From assembly GCA_034530875.2 (NCBI GenBank), contig JAVRCJ020000006.1, forward strand, positions 192,001 to 256,000: a DNA stretch of 64,000 nt. The letters are read 5' to 3'. Made by a program: the position numbers and the translations under genes. The DNA is from Nostoc sp. DedSLP01. GTDB lineage: Bacteria; Cyanobacteriota; Cyanobacteriia; Cyanobacteriales; Nostocaceae. Shown in pieces: positions 41,663-50,585 of this stretch. The notes below the pieces were generated by a model that was given only the letters and a program-made list of their open reading frames with translations, had not been told where the DNA came from and made no database searches. How positions within the stretch are numbered: position 1 is the first letter of the stretch; every line of letters begins with the position of its first letter.

Positions 41663-41892
41663 ATTTTGATCCGTAAAACTTATACATAGTATTCCCAAAT
41701 TACTTAAGTGTATAACATCATAATATGTCGTAATACCCTCACTTTCTGCAAATTTAATTGCATTAAAATAAATTAAGATTTGATATATAAAATTAAGCAA
41801 TTTTTGGGAATATCGCCCAAGCAAATTGAAGGGTTTACGCGGAATGAATATTTTAATAGAATAATCTCATCAAAAGATTCGCAGAAAAATAA

Positions 41893-43533
41893 ATGGACTG
41901 GATTACGCTACTGCGATCGCTACAGTCTGATTTTATCAAAAGGTTAGCATCTGGTTGTCTGCTTCATTGTGAAACAGAAGGTCAATATAGCGAACTAACT
42001 GTAATTTCTGGAGAAAGGTTAAAGACGCTACGAGAATTTTGCTGGCAGATGGCTGAGAAATACAAGCGTGTTTTGCCAGTTCGTGATGTTTTTCTCAGCT
42101 ACCTAAAAGGAAAACTCGGCGAGGAAGTTGTCAAGGAACGGTTAGCTGATTTTATTACCGAAGTCGATTATGAAAAGCGATTCGGTGGCGATGGTAAAAT
42201 CGATTTTACCTTGACTTCTGACCCATCTATTGGTATTGAAGTTAAATCTCGTCACGGTAGTATTGACAGAGTTAGATGGTCAATTAGTTCTGAAGAAGTT
42301 GAAAAAAATGCAGTTGTTGTTTGCATTTTAATTAAAGAGGATGTTAGCGAAGCACAATCTGAGTATCACCTTTTTTTAGCTGGCTTTCTTCCAACCCGAA
42401 TGATTAAGTTGAAGACTGGGAGAATTTCATTTGGGATAGACCAATTACTTTATGGTGGTGGCTTATTTTGCTATTTAGAACAGTTACAATCTTCGATAAA
42501 TCATCATCCTTATCAGCAACAGCCAACAATTTCAAAATTTCTTCCAAAACAAGAAACATCATCTCTGTTAACTAAAAATCAATTACCAAAATCTTCCTTT
42601 AAAGCTGATGTTGAGAGTTATTTATCTTCTCGTGATGAAGATTTAAGTTTACTTTATATGAGATTAGGTGATGAATGTTTAAAAAAAGGAGAATATTCTC
42701 AGGCAATAACTAGCTATAATCAAGTTTTAGAGGCTAATCATCATGATGCTGAATTATATTATAAACGAGGCTTAGCTCACTATCAAATAGGCGATTATGA
42801 AGCGGCGATCGCAGATTATTCTCAAGCAATAAAAATAAATATTAATGATGCTAAATCTTACAATAAAAGGGGTTTAGCTTTATATCAAATAGGACGTTTA
42901 GAAGAAGCGATTAATGATTATAGTCAAGCTATTAGAATTAATCCTAACCTGGCGATAGCTTATAAAAATCGGGCTGAAGCTCGTTCTCATCTCGGAGATA
43001 ACCAAGGAGCGATTGAAGATTATACCCAAGCAATTAAAATTAATCCCGATTATGCTGATGCTTATAAAAATCGGGGTATTGCTCGTTATTTACTAGGAAC
43101 TCCACCTGTATTTTCCCAAGCAATCAAAATTAATCCTCAAGATGCCAACGCCTATAAAAATCGTGGAAATGCTCGTTGCGATCTAGGAGATTTTCAAGGA
43201 GCAATTGAAGATTATACTCAGGCAATACAGATTAATCCTAATTATGTTGAAGCTTATTATAACCGCGGGAATGCTCGTTACGATTTAGGAGATTTTCAAG
43301 GAGCAATTGAAGATTATACTCAAGCGATCGAGCTTAATTTTAATTATGCTGATGCTTATTATAATCGTGGCAATATTCGTTTAGAAATGGCAGATAAACA
43401 GGGAGCCATTGAAGACTTTCAAAAAGCCGCAGATATCTATCGTAAAGAAGGTAAGCTAGAAGCTCTTAAAGATACGAAACAAAGAATATTAGATTTAGAA
43501 ATAGAAGAATCGTTAGATATTTTAAACTTTTAG
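41893..43533 (+). CDS. TPR-repeat protein with N-terminal restriction-endonuclease-like domain
   Basis: KGKLGEE..GGDGKIDF..IEVKSR; about 8 TPRs (AY.NRG..GD.QGAIEDYTQAI). Confidence 0.8.
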   Translation: MDWITLLRSLQSDFIKRLASGCLLHCETEGQYSELTVISGERLKTLREFCWQMAEKYKRVLPVRDVFLSYLKGKLGEEVVKERLADFITEVDYEKRFGGDGKIDFTLTSDPSIGIEVKSRHGSIDRVRWSISSEEVEKNAVVVCILIKEDVSEAQSEYHLFLAGFLPTRMIKLKTGRISFGIDQLLYGGGLFCYLEQLQSSINHHPYQQQPTISKFLPKQETSSLLTKNQLPKSSFKADVESYLSSRDEDLSLLYMRLGDECLKKGEYSQAITSYNQVLEANHHDAELYYKRGLAHYQIGDYEAAIADYSQAIKININDAKSYNKRGLALYQIGRLEEAINDYSQAIRINPNLAIAYKNRAEARSHLGDNQGAIEDYTQAIKINPDYADAYKNRGIARYLLGTPPVFSQAIKINPQDANAYKNRGNARCDLGDFQGAIEDYTQAIQINPNYVEAYYNRGNARYDLGDFQGAIEDYTQAIELNFNYADAYYNRGNIRLEMADKQGAIEDFQKAADIYRKEGKLEALKDTKQRILDLEIEESLDILNF

Positions 43534-43626
43534 TGCATAAGACATCGGTTTTTCTCCGTATCTCCCCATTTTCTAAAGCATATTGGGTAAGTCCTGGATT
43601 TACGTAGGTATCAGCTAGAGTGGGAT

Positions 43627-43668
43627 TGATACTTATTATCAAATTAAAATCGTTGATAAATTTATCAA
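43627..43668. promoter_or_regulatory. Zur-like box plus adjacent perfect palindrome upstream of P1B ATPase
   Basis: TGATACTTATTATCA (43627-43641; 1 mismatch to TGATAATnATTATCA); TTGATAAATTTATCAA (43653-43668). Confidence 0.6.
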
Positions 43669-43856
43669 TCTTAGGATTCGCTAAAAAGTAATAGAACTAG
43701 TTCACATCAAACCTCCTGAATTCTAACTTCTGGGTTCTGAATTGTTACTTATTGATATCGATTATCGTTATTAAACTATTAACTTGTAAAAATTGATTTT
43801 TTTCACTATCTTTAAAGAAAGGTTCTATATTAAATCACCTACTCATATCAACAAAA

Positions 43857-45839
43857 ATGAAGCAAAAACTACATTCAGAATCTTCAGATTGTTGCAGCTG
43901 CGGGCACGAACATCATGAGAATCATAACCATCATCATAATGAAAATTATAACCATGACCACAGCCATAATCACAATGAAGAATTTAACTTAAAAAAAGAG
44001 GTATTTCCTTTAGTAGTGATTTTAAGTTTGTATGCGCCTGGTGTAATTTTTGAAAACCAATTGCATAATACACTCTACTCAATAGGTGAATATTTAGTTT
44101 TTATTCCTGCTTATTTATTAAGTGGATGGAGTGTTTTAAAAACTGCGGGGCGCAATATACTTAAAGGCAGAATATTTGATGAAACATTTTTAATGACAGT
44201 AGCAACGCTAGGGGCGATCGCCATTCATAAATTGCCCGAAGCTGTCGGAGTTATGTTATTCTACAAAATTGGCGAATTGTTCCAAGATATTGCTGTGAGT
44301 CGTTCGCGGAGTTCCATCAAAGCTTTATTGGAGATACGCCCAGACTATGCAAATATCCAGACAGAAACCGGACTCAAAAAAGTATCGCCAGAAACAGTAA
44401 ATATTGGAGATATTATCGTCGTCAAGCCTGGAGAAAAAATTCCTTTAGATGGTGAAATTATTGAAGGTAATTCCCAAGTTGATACATCTGCGTTAACTGG
44501 AGAATCTGTACCCCGAACTGTGAAGCTAGGAGAATCAGTTTTAGCGGGAACAATCAATAAAGTTGGTGTTCTCAGAATTCAAGTCACAAAACTTTTTGAT
44601 GAATCTTCCATTGCTAAGATTTTAGACTTAGTACAAAATGCCAAAAGTAAAAAAGCAGAAACAGAGAAATTTATTACTAAGTTTGCTAGATATTACACAC
44701 CAATAGTAGTTTTTACATCTCTAGCAGTTGTTTTGTTACCTCCTTTATTCATTTCTGGAGCAACTCCTTCAGAATGGATTTATCGTGCCTTAATTTTATT
44801 AGTTATTTCCTGTCCCTGTGGATTAGTAATCAGTATTCCATTAGGTTACTTTGGAGGTGTGGGAGGTGCAGCTAAACGGGGTATTTTAGTCAAAGGTTCT
44901 ACCTTTTTAGATAGTCTCAATGCAGTTAAAACAGTTGTTTTTGATAAAACTGGAACGTTAACAAAAGGAGTATTTAAAGTAGCTAAAATAGTACCAAATA
45001 ATGGCTTGAGTAAACAAGAATTACTAGAATTAGCTGCCAAGGTTGAATCGCATTCAAATCATCCGATCGCTCAATCTATCCGCAATGCTTATGCTGATAA
45101 AATCGACATAGATGAGGTGACAGATTATGAAGAAATAGCAGGTTATGGAATTAGGGCGAAAGTTAAAGATAAGCTAGTTATAGCAGGCAGCGATCGCCTA
45201 TTGCATAAAGAACACATTGCTCGCGATAATTGTCTACTAAAAGGAACAGTTATTCATTTAGCAGTAGATAAGATTTACGCTGGATATATAGTCATTGCTG
45301 ATGAAGTTAAAGAAGATGCCAGACAAGCTATTCAAACACTCAAAAAAATGGGTGTAGAAAAAACAGTAATGTTAACGGGAGATAATAAAGCGATCGCCTC
45401 TCAAATTGCTGAAGAAATTGGCATAGATATCTACGAAGCAGAGTTATTACCAGAAGAAAAAGTCAACGCTATAGAAAAATTACTCAATACCGCTGAAAAA
45501 CATACTAAAGTAGCTTTCATCGGCGATGGAATTAATGATGCACCAGTAATTGCTAGAGCAGATGTTGGTATAGCAATGGGTGGCTTGGGTTCAGATGCAG
45601 CGATAGAAACTGCCGATGTTGTCATCATGACAGATGCACCCTTAAAAGTGGCAGAAGCAATAGAAATTGCTAGAAAAACCCGCAGAATAGTTTGGCAAAA
45701 TATTGGATTTGCTTTAGTAATTAAAGGTGTCTTTATTGGATTGGGTATTCTCGGGATAGCGACAATGTGGGAAGCTGTATTTGCCGATGTCGGAGTAGCC
45801 TTGCTAGCAATTTTCAATGCAACTAGAGCAATGAAATAA
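43857..45839 (+). CDS. Heavy-metal P1B-type ATPase (Zn/Cd/Co, ZntA/CadA-like) with Cys/His-rich N-terminus
   Basis: CCSC plus poly-His; TGES, SCPC, DKTGT, HP, GDGINDAP, N..F....K and ADVG (P1B-2 signature). Confidence 0.92.
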   Translation: MKQKLHSESSDCCSCGHEHHENHNHHHNENYNHDHSHNHNEEFNLKKEVFPLVVILSLYAPGVIFENQLHNTLYSIGEYLVFIPAYLLSGWSVLKTAGRNILKGRIFDETFLMTVATLGAIAIHKLPEAVGVMLFYKIGELFQDIAVSRSRSSIKALLEIRPDYANIQTETGLKKVSPETVNIGDIIVVKPGEKIPLDGEIIEGNSQVDTSALTGESVPRTVKLGESVLAGTINKVGVLRIQVTKLFDESSIAKILDLVQNAKSKKAETEKFITKFARYYTPIVVFTSLAVVLLPPLFISGATPSEWIYRALILLVISCPCGLVISIPLGYFGGVGGAAKRGILVKGSTFLDSLNAVKTVVFDKTGTLTKGVFKVAKIVPNNGLSKQELLELAAKVESHSNHPIAQSIRNAYADKIDIDEVTDYEEIAGYGIRAKVKDKLVIAGSDRLLHKEHIARDNCLLKGTVIHLAVDKIYAGYIVIADEVKEDARQAIQTLKKMGVEKTVMLTGDNKAIASQIAEEIGIDIYEAELLPEEKVNAIEKLLNTAEKHTKVAFIGDGINDAPVIARADVGIAMGGLGSDAAIETADVVIMTDAPLKVAEAIEIARKTRRIVWQNIGFALVIKGVFIGLGILGIATMWEAVFADVGVALLAIFNATRAMK

Positions 45840-45944
45840 AACTTTGATTTAATCGGGAATCCGTATTTGGGAAATTGTAGAAGTTAAAACTGGAAAGTAA
45901 TAATTGAAGCAAATATTCCCAATCGGATTTTATCGAGGTATGCC

Positions 45945-46652
45945 GTGAACTCACATCTTAAAAGTATTGCTACAGCTGCGTTAGCTTTGCTAGTAATTTA
46001 TTCAGCAAAACAAGCAGTTGCATTAAGCCAGAAAATCGATAATCCAGTTAATATCGCAAAATCGCAACCTTTAACAGACACTTTGATTGTTCCTGGCGAA
46101 AGAGTCGGGCCGATAACACGCACAACCACCAAACAGGATTTAGTTAAACTGTTTGGTGCGTCTCGTGTAGTTGATAAAACCATTTCTGGTGCTGAAGGAA
46201 TTGGTAGTTATGCCGCTACTCAATTAAAGCTAGATCGAGGGCGATGTCTAACGACAAGCTGCTCCGCATCTACGCTTCTGGTAGTCTGGAGTGATAATAC
46301 CCGTACCAAACCTCTAGATGTGCGTAATCTAGGTTCAGCTTGGAAAACCCGCGAAGGTCTCGGTGTTGGCACCCCATTAAGCGAGTTACGCAAGCAATTA
46401 GGTAACTTTAAACTCTATGGATTAGCTTGGGATTACGGCGGCACGATTTTGTTGGATAGTAGCAAATTATCGCGCTATCAAGGCAAAATGATTTTACGAG
46501 TAGACGCTGCTCCTAATGCTTACGAAAAGTTTCCCAATGACTACCAAGCAGTGTCCGGAGATAGTACTTTTTCCTCCAGCAATCCTCATTGGAAACCTTT
46601 GGGGATTAGGCTAACAGAAATTATTGTTGTATTGAATCCAAGTCAGGAATAA
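45945..46652 (+). CDS. Hypothetical secreted protein carrying an in-frame 27-bp insertion
   Basis: Signal peptide; IVPGERVGPI, WKTREGLGVGT, YGLAWDYGGT. Confidence 0.75.
   Translation: MNSHLKSIATAALALLVIYSAKQAVALSQKIDNPVNIAKSQPLTDTLIVPGERVGPITRTTTKQDLVKLFGASRVVDKTISGAEGIGSYAATQLKLDRGRCLTTSCSASTLLVVWSDNTRTKPLDVRNLGSAWKTREGLGVGTPLSELRKQLGNFKLYGLAWDYGGTILLDSSKLSRYQGKMILRVDAAPNAYEKFPNDYQAVSGDSTFSSSNPHWKPLGIRLTEIIVVLNPSQE
46246..46272. mobile_element. SDR5-like small element inserted into a HIP1 site
   Basis: GCGAT|GTCTAACGACAAGCTGCTCCGCATCTA|CGC; removing 27 nt restores GCGATCGC. Confidence 0.8.
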
Positions 46653-46950
46653 TGGGCTACTTAACATTTAAGAAGCTGATTTAGGCAAAGGCAGAATTTA
46701 TTGAAGTTGTTCGGTAACTCTTCCATCGAGAGGCAAAATTAGCAAATCTTAGCGATGAATTAAATAAAGTTGAGTCTGCATTGAAATCATCAAATTCATT
46801 AAATATAGTGTTATTTGCCTGACCAAAATTAGGATTGCCTAAGCCAGAATAGTAGGAAAACAAAGATATTCAGCGAATTGGTGTTTGTTTATACTATTTC
46901 AATTTTTTGTAGTCGTTATACTCATGACTTAGGTTCTACCTGGGAATTAG

Positions 46951-46976
46951 GAAGTGGCTTTGCCACTTCTTTTTAT
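46951..46976 (+). terminator. Rho-independent terminator-like hairpin
   Basis: GAAGTGGC-TTT-GCCACTTC followed by TTTTT. Confidence 0.55.
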
Positions 46977-47163
46977 TTATATCGTAGTCCAGCAAAAAAT
47001 AAATTAAAAGTTAAAAGGAGTTTGTTACAACTTTTAACTTTTATTTAGTTATTGCAGCAATTAGCAACTAAATGAAGTAAAATACTTCGATCTCCAACCC
47101 ATATATCAAGCTTTTTTACTTCTAACTCCTGAATCCTGAATTCTGACTCCTGAATTCTAATAT

Positions 47164-48252
47164 TCAATCATTACTCATACTATCTCGCCATCTTTCCCGT
47201 TTGGCTTTGATTTCAGCATCGCGCGATCGCGTTTCTTCCCAAGTTCGCCACATTAGTGACTGTTGTTTCTCAACATGATTGATGAACTGCATAATCGACT
47301 GATCCGCTCTAATTGGGGTTTTCAAATCAAACTGAATAGTTTGGACGATTTTGATATCACCCATGAGAAAGTACTTACCTGCAATCTTAGTCAGCCACAG
47401 CACAACTCGATTGGATAACCAACCAAAAAAGCCTTTACGTTTTTTAACCATCAACAGAATTTGACCTTCAGCTTTTCCTCCTTCATCCAAGCGCGTAGCA
47501 AACATCATATGAACATGAAGGAAATCGGGGCCAAATGTGACAATCCCAATAGTACCGTACCAATAACAAATACTGTAAGCGATCGCATTTTTGTAGAAAA
47601 TACGAATCAGCTTAATGAAAAATGAATCCTCTTTAACGGGTGCAGTGTTGGTAAAGATAATTGCATTTTCGTTCAATTGCTGTCTTTCAAAAACAACTTC
47701 TACTGGCAACTTATGAACTGTATTTAGGTGCTGAGCATCAATTGCATTAATCATCACCACATTCGGGTGGCAATTCATTAAGAAGTTAGAATGGATGGCA
47801 ATATCGCATTCTTTTTGTTCTAACTCTGGAATGAAAGGTAGAGGTTGTTGTGGTATTTCTCCAGTCCAAACCCAAATCATGCCGTATTTTTCAGCAGTCG
47901 GCCAAGATTGTAATTTCAAAGAAAGCGGCGTATCTAAACATGGGATATCAATACACATTCCTTCAGCATCAAATTTCCAGTGGTGGAAAAAGCAACGTAG
48001 CCCATTGCCTTCAACTTTGCCCTCAGCAAGGTGAGCGCCCATGTGCGGACAGTAAGCATCAAAGGTAACTACTCTTTTGTCTTTTCCACGATAAATTACT
48101 AGTTCTCTGCCCAAAATTGTCACAGGTTTTACTTCACCTACTTGCAGATTTTGAGAAGGTATTACCCAATACCATCCTTCAATAAAACGTTCTGGATTAT
48201 TAAAAGTTTTAGGTTTACGGATTGAGCTAAAAGCCTGTGAATTGAGATTCAT
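47164..48252 (-). CDS. Rieske non-heme iron oxygenase alpha subunit
   Basis: CPHMGAHL..CFFHHW Rieske motif; NAIDAQHLNTVH mononuclear Fe motif. Confidence 0.9.
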   Translation of the reverse strand: MNLNSQAFSSIRKPKTFNNPERFIEGWYWVIPSQNLQVGEVKPVTILGRELVIYRGKDKRVVTFDAYCPHMGAHLAEGKVEGNGLRCFFHHWKFDAEGMCIDIPCLDTPLSLKLQSWPTAEKYGMIWVWTGEIPQQPLPFIPELEQKECDIAIHSNFLMNCHPNVVMINAIDAQHLNTVHKLPVEVVFERQQLNENAIIFTNTAPVKEDSFFIKLIRIFYKNAIAYSICYWYGTIGIVTFGPDFLHVHMMFATRLDEGGKAEGQILLMVKKRKGFFGWLSNRVVLWLTKIAGKYFLMGDIKIVQTIQFDLKTPIRADQSIMQFINHVEKQQSLMWRTWEETRSRDAEIKAKRERWRDSMSND

Positions 48253-48612
48253 TTTATAGATTCACTTGCAGTGAAGCGGTTAATCTACAAGTAACATGGC
48301 AACTCAAAATAAACAGTTACTTTCAGTACTACAGCAAGCATTAACTAAAGAAATATATATGCAATATTGAATTATAACTGTTACAAATATTTAAAATATT
48401 GCAATAAAATAGAATCGGATATAACCTTTTATCCAATTAAAATAAATGTTTTAAAAATAAAAACTCAGTAAAAGTTCTGGACTACTTTCAGGCTACAAAA
48501 ACACAAAGAACTACTAATAGGATAGAATTTGTCCCAATATCGAAAAAATACTAGATAAAAGATTCCCCTTCATGCCTTTGCCTCTTATGCCCCATACCCC
48601 TAAAAATGTAAA

Positions 48613-48638
48613 ATCCCACAACCAATAGGTGTGGGACT
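48613..48638 (-). terminator. Hairpin downstream of vipp1
   Basis: TCCCACA..TGTGGGA stem with A-rich flank on the plus strand. Confidence 0.45.
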
Positions 48639-48663
48639 GGCTTAAGTAAATTTTGTGCCAATT

Positions 48664-49440
48664 TTACATCTGATCCAATTGCTTGCGTAGGGAATCCAAC
48701 TCAGCATCAACAACATCATTAGACTTGGGAGGAGTAGTTTGTTGTTGTGGTGGTAGTTGGGGCTGATTTTGGGGAGCAGCTGGTGGTAATATTTGCGCTT
48801 TTAAAGCAGCCAATTCATCATCAATATCACTACCAGATTCCAACTGAGCAAATTGGCTTTCTAAATCTGCACTTGCCAACTCTCCTGCTGATTGAGCGCG
48901 GGCTTCTTGCATCAAGACTTTTTCTTCCATGCGCTCGAAGGCAGCCATTGCACTGTTGGTATTCATACCACGTACCATACCTTGAAGTTGTTCTTGGGCT
49001 TTGGCAGTGGTAATCCGAGCTTTGAGCATTTCTTTCTTGGTTTTAGCCTCAGAAATTTTGCTTTCGAGTTGGATTAAGTTGCGTTTGAGGGTTTCAACTT
49101 GAGTGTTTTGTTGATCTAAGCTGGCTTTAAGGGCTGCGCCTGTATCAGTATAAGTCTTCTTGCGCTCTAAGGCTTGCCTAGCTAAGTTTTCATCACCTTT
49201 TTGTAGTGCTAGTTGGGCATTGCGTTGCCACTTATTAATTTCATTTTGAGCATCAGTATATTGTTTATCAGTGCGTTTTTGAGCTGCGATCGCCTGGGCT
49301 ACCCCCTGACGCAGTTGTACCAAGTCTTCCTGCATTTCCAGGATGGCTTGCTCTAGCATTTTTTCGGGGTCTTCAGCTTTGTTAACTAGGTCATTGAGGT
49401 TAGCACTAACAACTCGTCTAATGCGATCGAATAATCCCAT
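48664..49440 (-). CDS. vipp1: Vipp1/IM30 (PspA/ESCRT-III family)
   Basis: MGLFDRI, AEDPEKMLEQ, AFERMEEKV, C-terminal extension VDAELDSLRKQLDQM. Confidence 0.93.
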   Translation of the reverse strand: MGLFDRIRRVVSANLNDLVNKAEDPEKMLEQAILEMQEDLVQLRQGVAQAIAAQKRTDKQYTDAQNEINKWQRNAQLALQKGDENLARQALERKKTYTDTGAALKASLDQQNTQVETLKRNLIQLESKISEAKTKKEMLKARITTAKAQEQLQGMVRGMNTNSAMAAFERMEEKVLMQEARAQSAGELASADLESQFAQLESGSDIDDELAALKAQILPPAAPQNQPQLPPQQQTTPPKSNDVVDAELDSLRKQLDQM

Positions 49441-49604
49441 AACTTTGTTTTTCCTTACTTTTGGTTTACGCTCTTTGTTGGACAGTTAGCTTTTTTACTT
49501 TTTAATAGCTACCTATTTCAATGTAATCTTTCCGTTTGGAATCAGTACCTCACAACAACTCCTAATTGTTAAGATATCTCGAAGCCGCGGCAATTCGCCG
49601 AATT

Positions 49605-50360
49605 TCAAGAGTCTTGTGTTTTGGGTGGCTGCTGTTGGGGAAGCTGTTCTATTTTTTGGTTATCTTCCAAGAGGCGATTGTTGGGCTGTGTGTTTTCTGC
49701 CTCATTTAAAACTTGCACCTTCATCGCCGCCAATTCGGCATCTACATTATTAGTAGATTCCAACGAGGCAAATCGTGTTTCCAGGTCATCGCTACTAAGT
49801 TGAGCAATTGCTTCTGATTTAGCTTCTATCTGCAAAACTTTTTCTTCCATACGCTCAAAGGCATTAAGGCTGCTAGTGGCGGAAACACCATCGAGCATTT
49901 CTTGCAGGCGATAAGAGGCTTCAGCAGAACGGGCGCGAGCAATATACATGTCTTTTTTAGTTTTCGCCTCGGCAATTTTCAACTCGAGCGATCGCATATC
50001 CTTTTTTAACCTAGCGACTATTTCATTTTGCTCTTGTACTTGGTTGTAGAGAGATGTCGCAGTTTCTTTATAAGCTTGGCGTTTAGTTAAAGCTTCCCGT
50101 GCTAAAACTTCGCTACCTTGCCGCAGTGCTAATTGGGCGCGACGATACCATTCTTCTGCTTGACCATCCGCAGCAGCAGCTTGTCGTTCCGTGCGTTTTT
50201 GGGTAGCGATCGCTTGTGCTACACCTTGCCGTAATTGCACCAGATTTTCCTGCATCTCCATTACAGTTTGCTCCAGAATCTTTTCTGGATCTTCTGCACT
50301 GTTTGTCAAACTATTGAGGTTAGCGCGAATCACCCGCAGGATACGCTTCATTAACTCCAT
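49605..50360 (-). CDS. pspA: PspA/IM30 family paralogue
   Basis: MELMKRILRVIRANLN, AEDPEKILEQ, AFERMEEKV; lacks the Vipp1 terminal helix. Confidence 0.85.
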   Translation of the reverse strand: MELMKRILRVIRANLNSLTNSAEDPEKILEQTVMEMQENLVQLRQGVAQAIATQKRTERQAAAADGQAEEWYRRAQLALRQGSEVLAREALTKRQAYKETATSLYNQVQEQNEIVARLKKDMRSLELKIAEAKTKKDMYIARARSAEASYRLQEMLDGVSATSSLNAFERMEEKVLQIEAKSEAIAQLSSDDLETRFASLESTNNVDAELAAMKVQVLNEAENTQPNNRLLEDNQKIEQLPQQQPPKTQDS

Positions 50361-50380
50361 CTCTGCTCTCCATTCACGAA

Positions 50381-50548
50381 ACTGAGCGCTGAGTGTTGAG
50401 TGCTGAGTACTGAGGTCTACTCTTAAGTATAAAAAACTGTAGTACACTTGTAATCAAGCAACATTTTATCTCTACTACTCACCACTCCTATACAGACAAG
50501 GGTTAATCCCGTTTCTACTCACCACTCAGCACTCGTAACTCAGCACTG
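50381..50548. repeat. Inverted arrays of heptamer repeats (TGCTGAG / CTCAGCA)
   Basis: Direct reading. Confidence 0.6.
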
Positions 50549-50585
50549 CGATCTTCATGGTATCGTAGATTTTTCCGACTTATTG

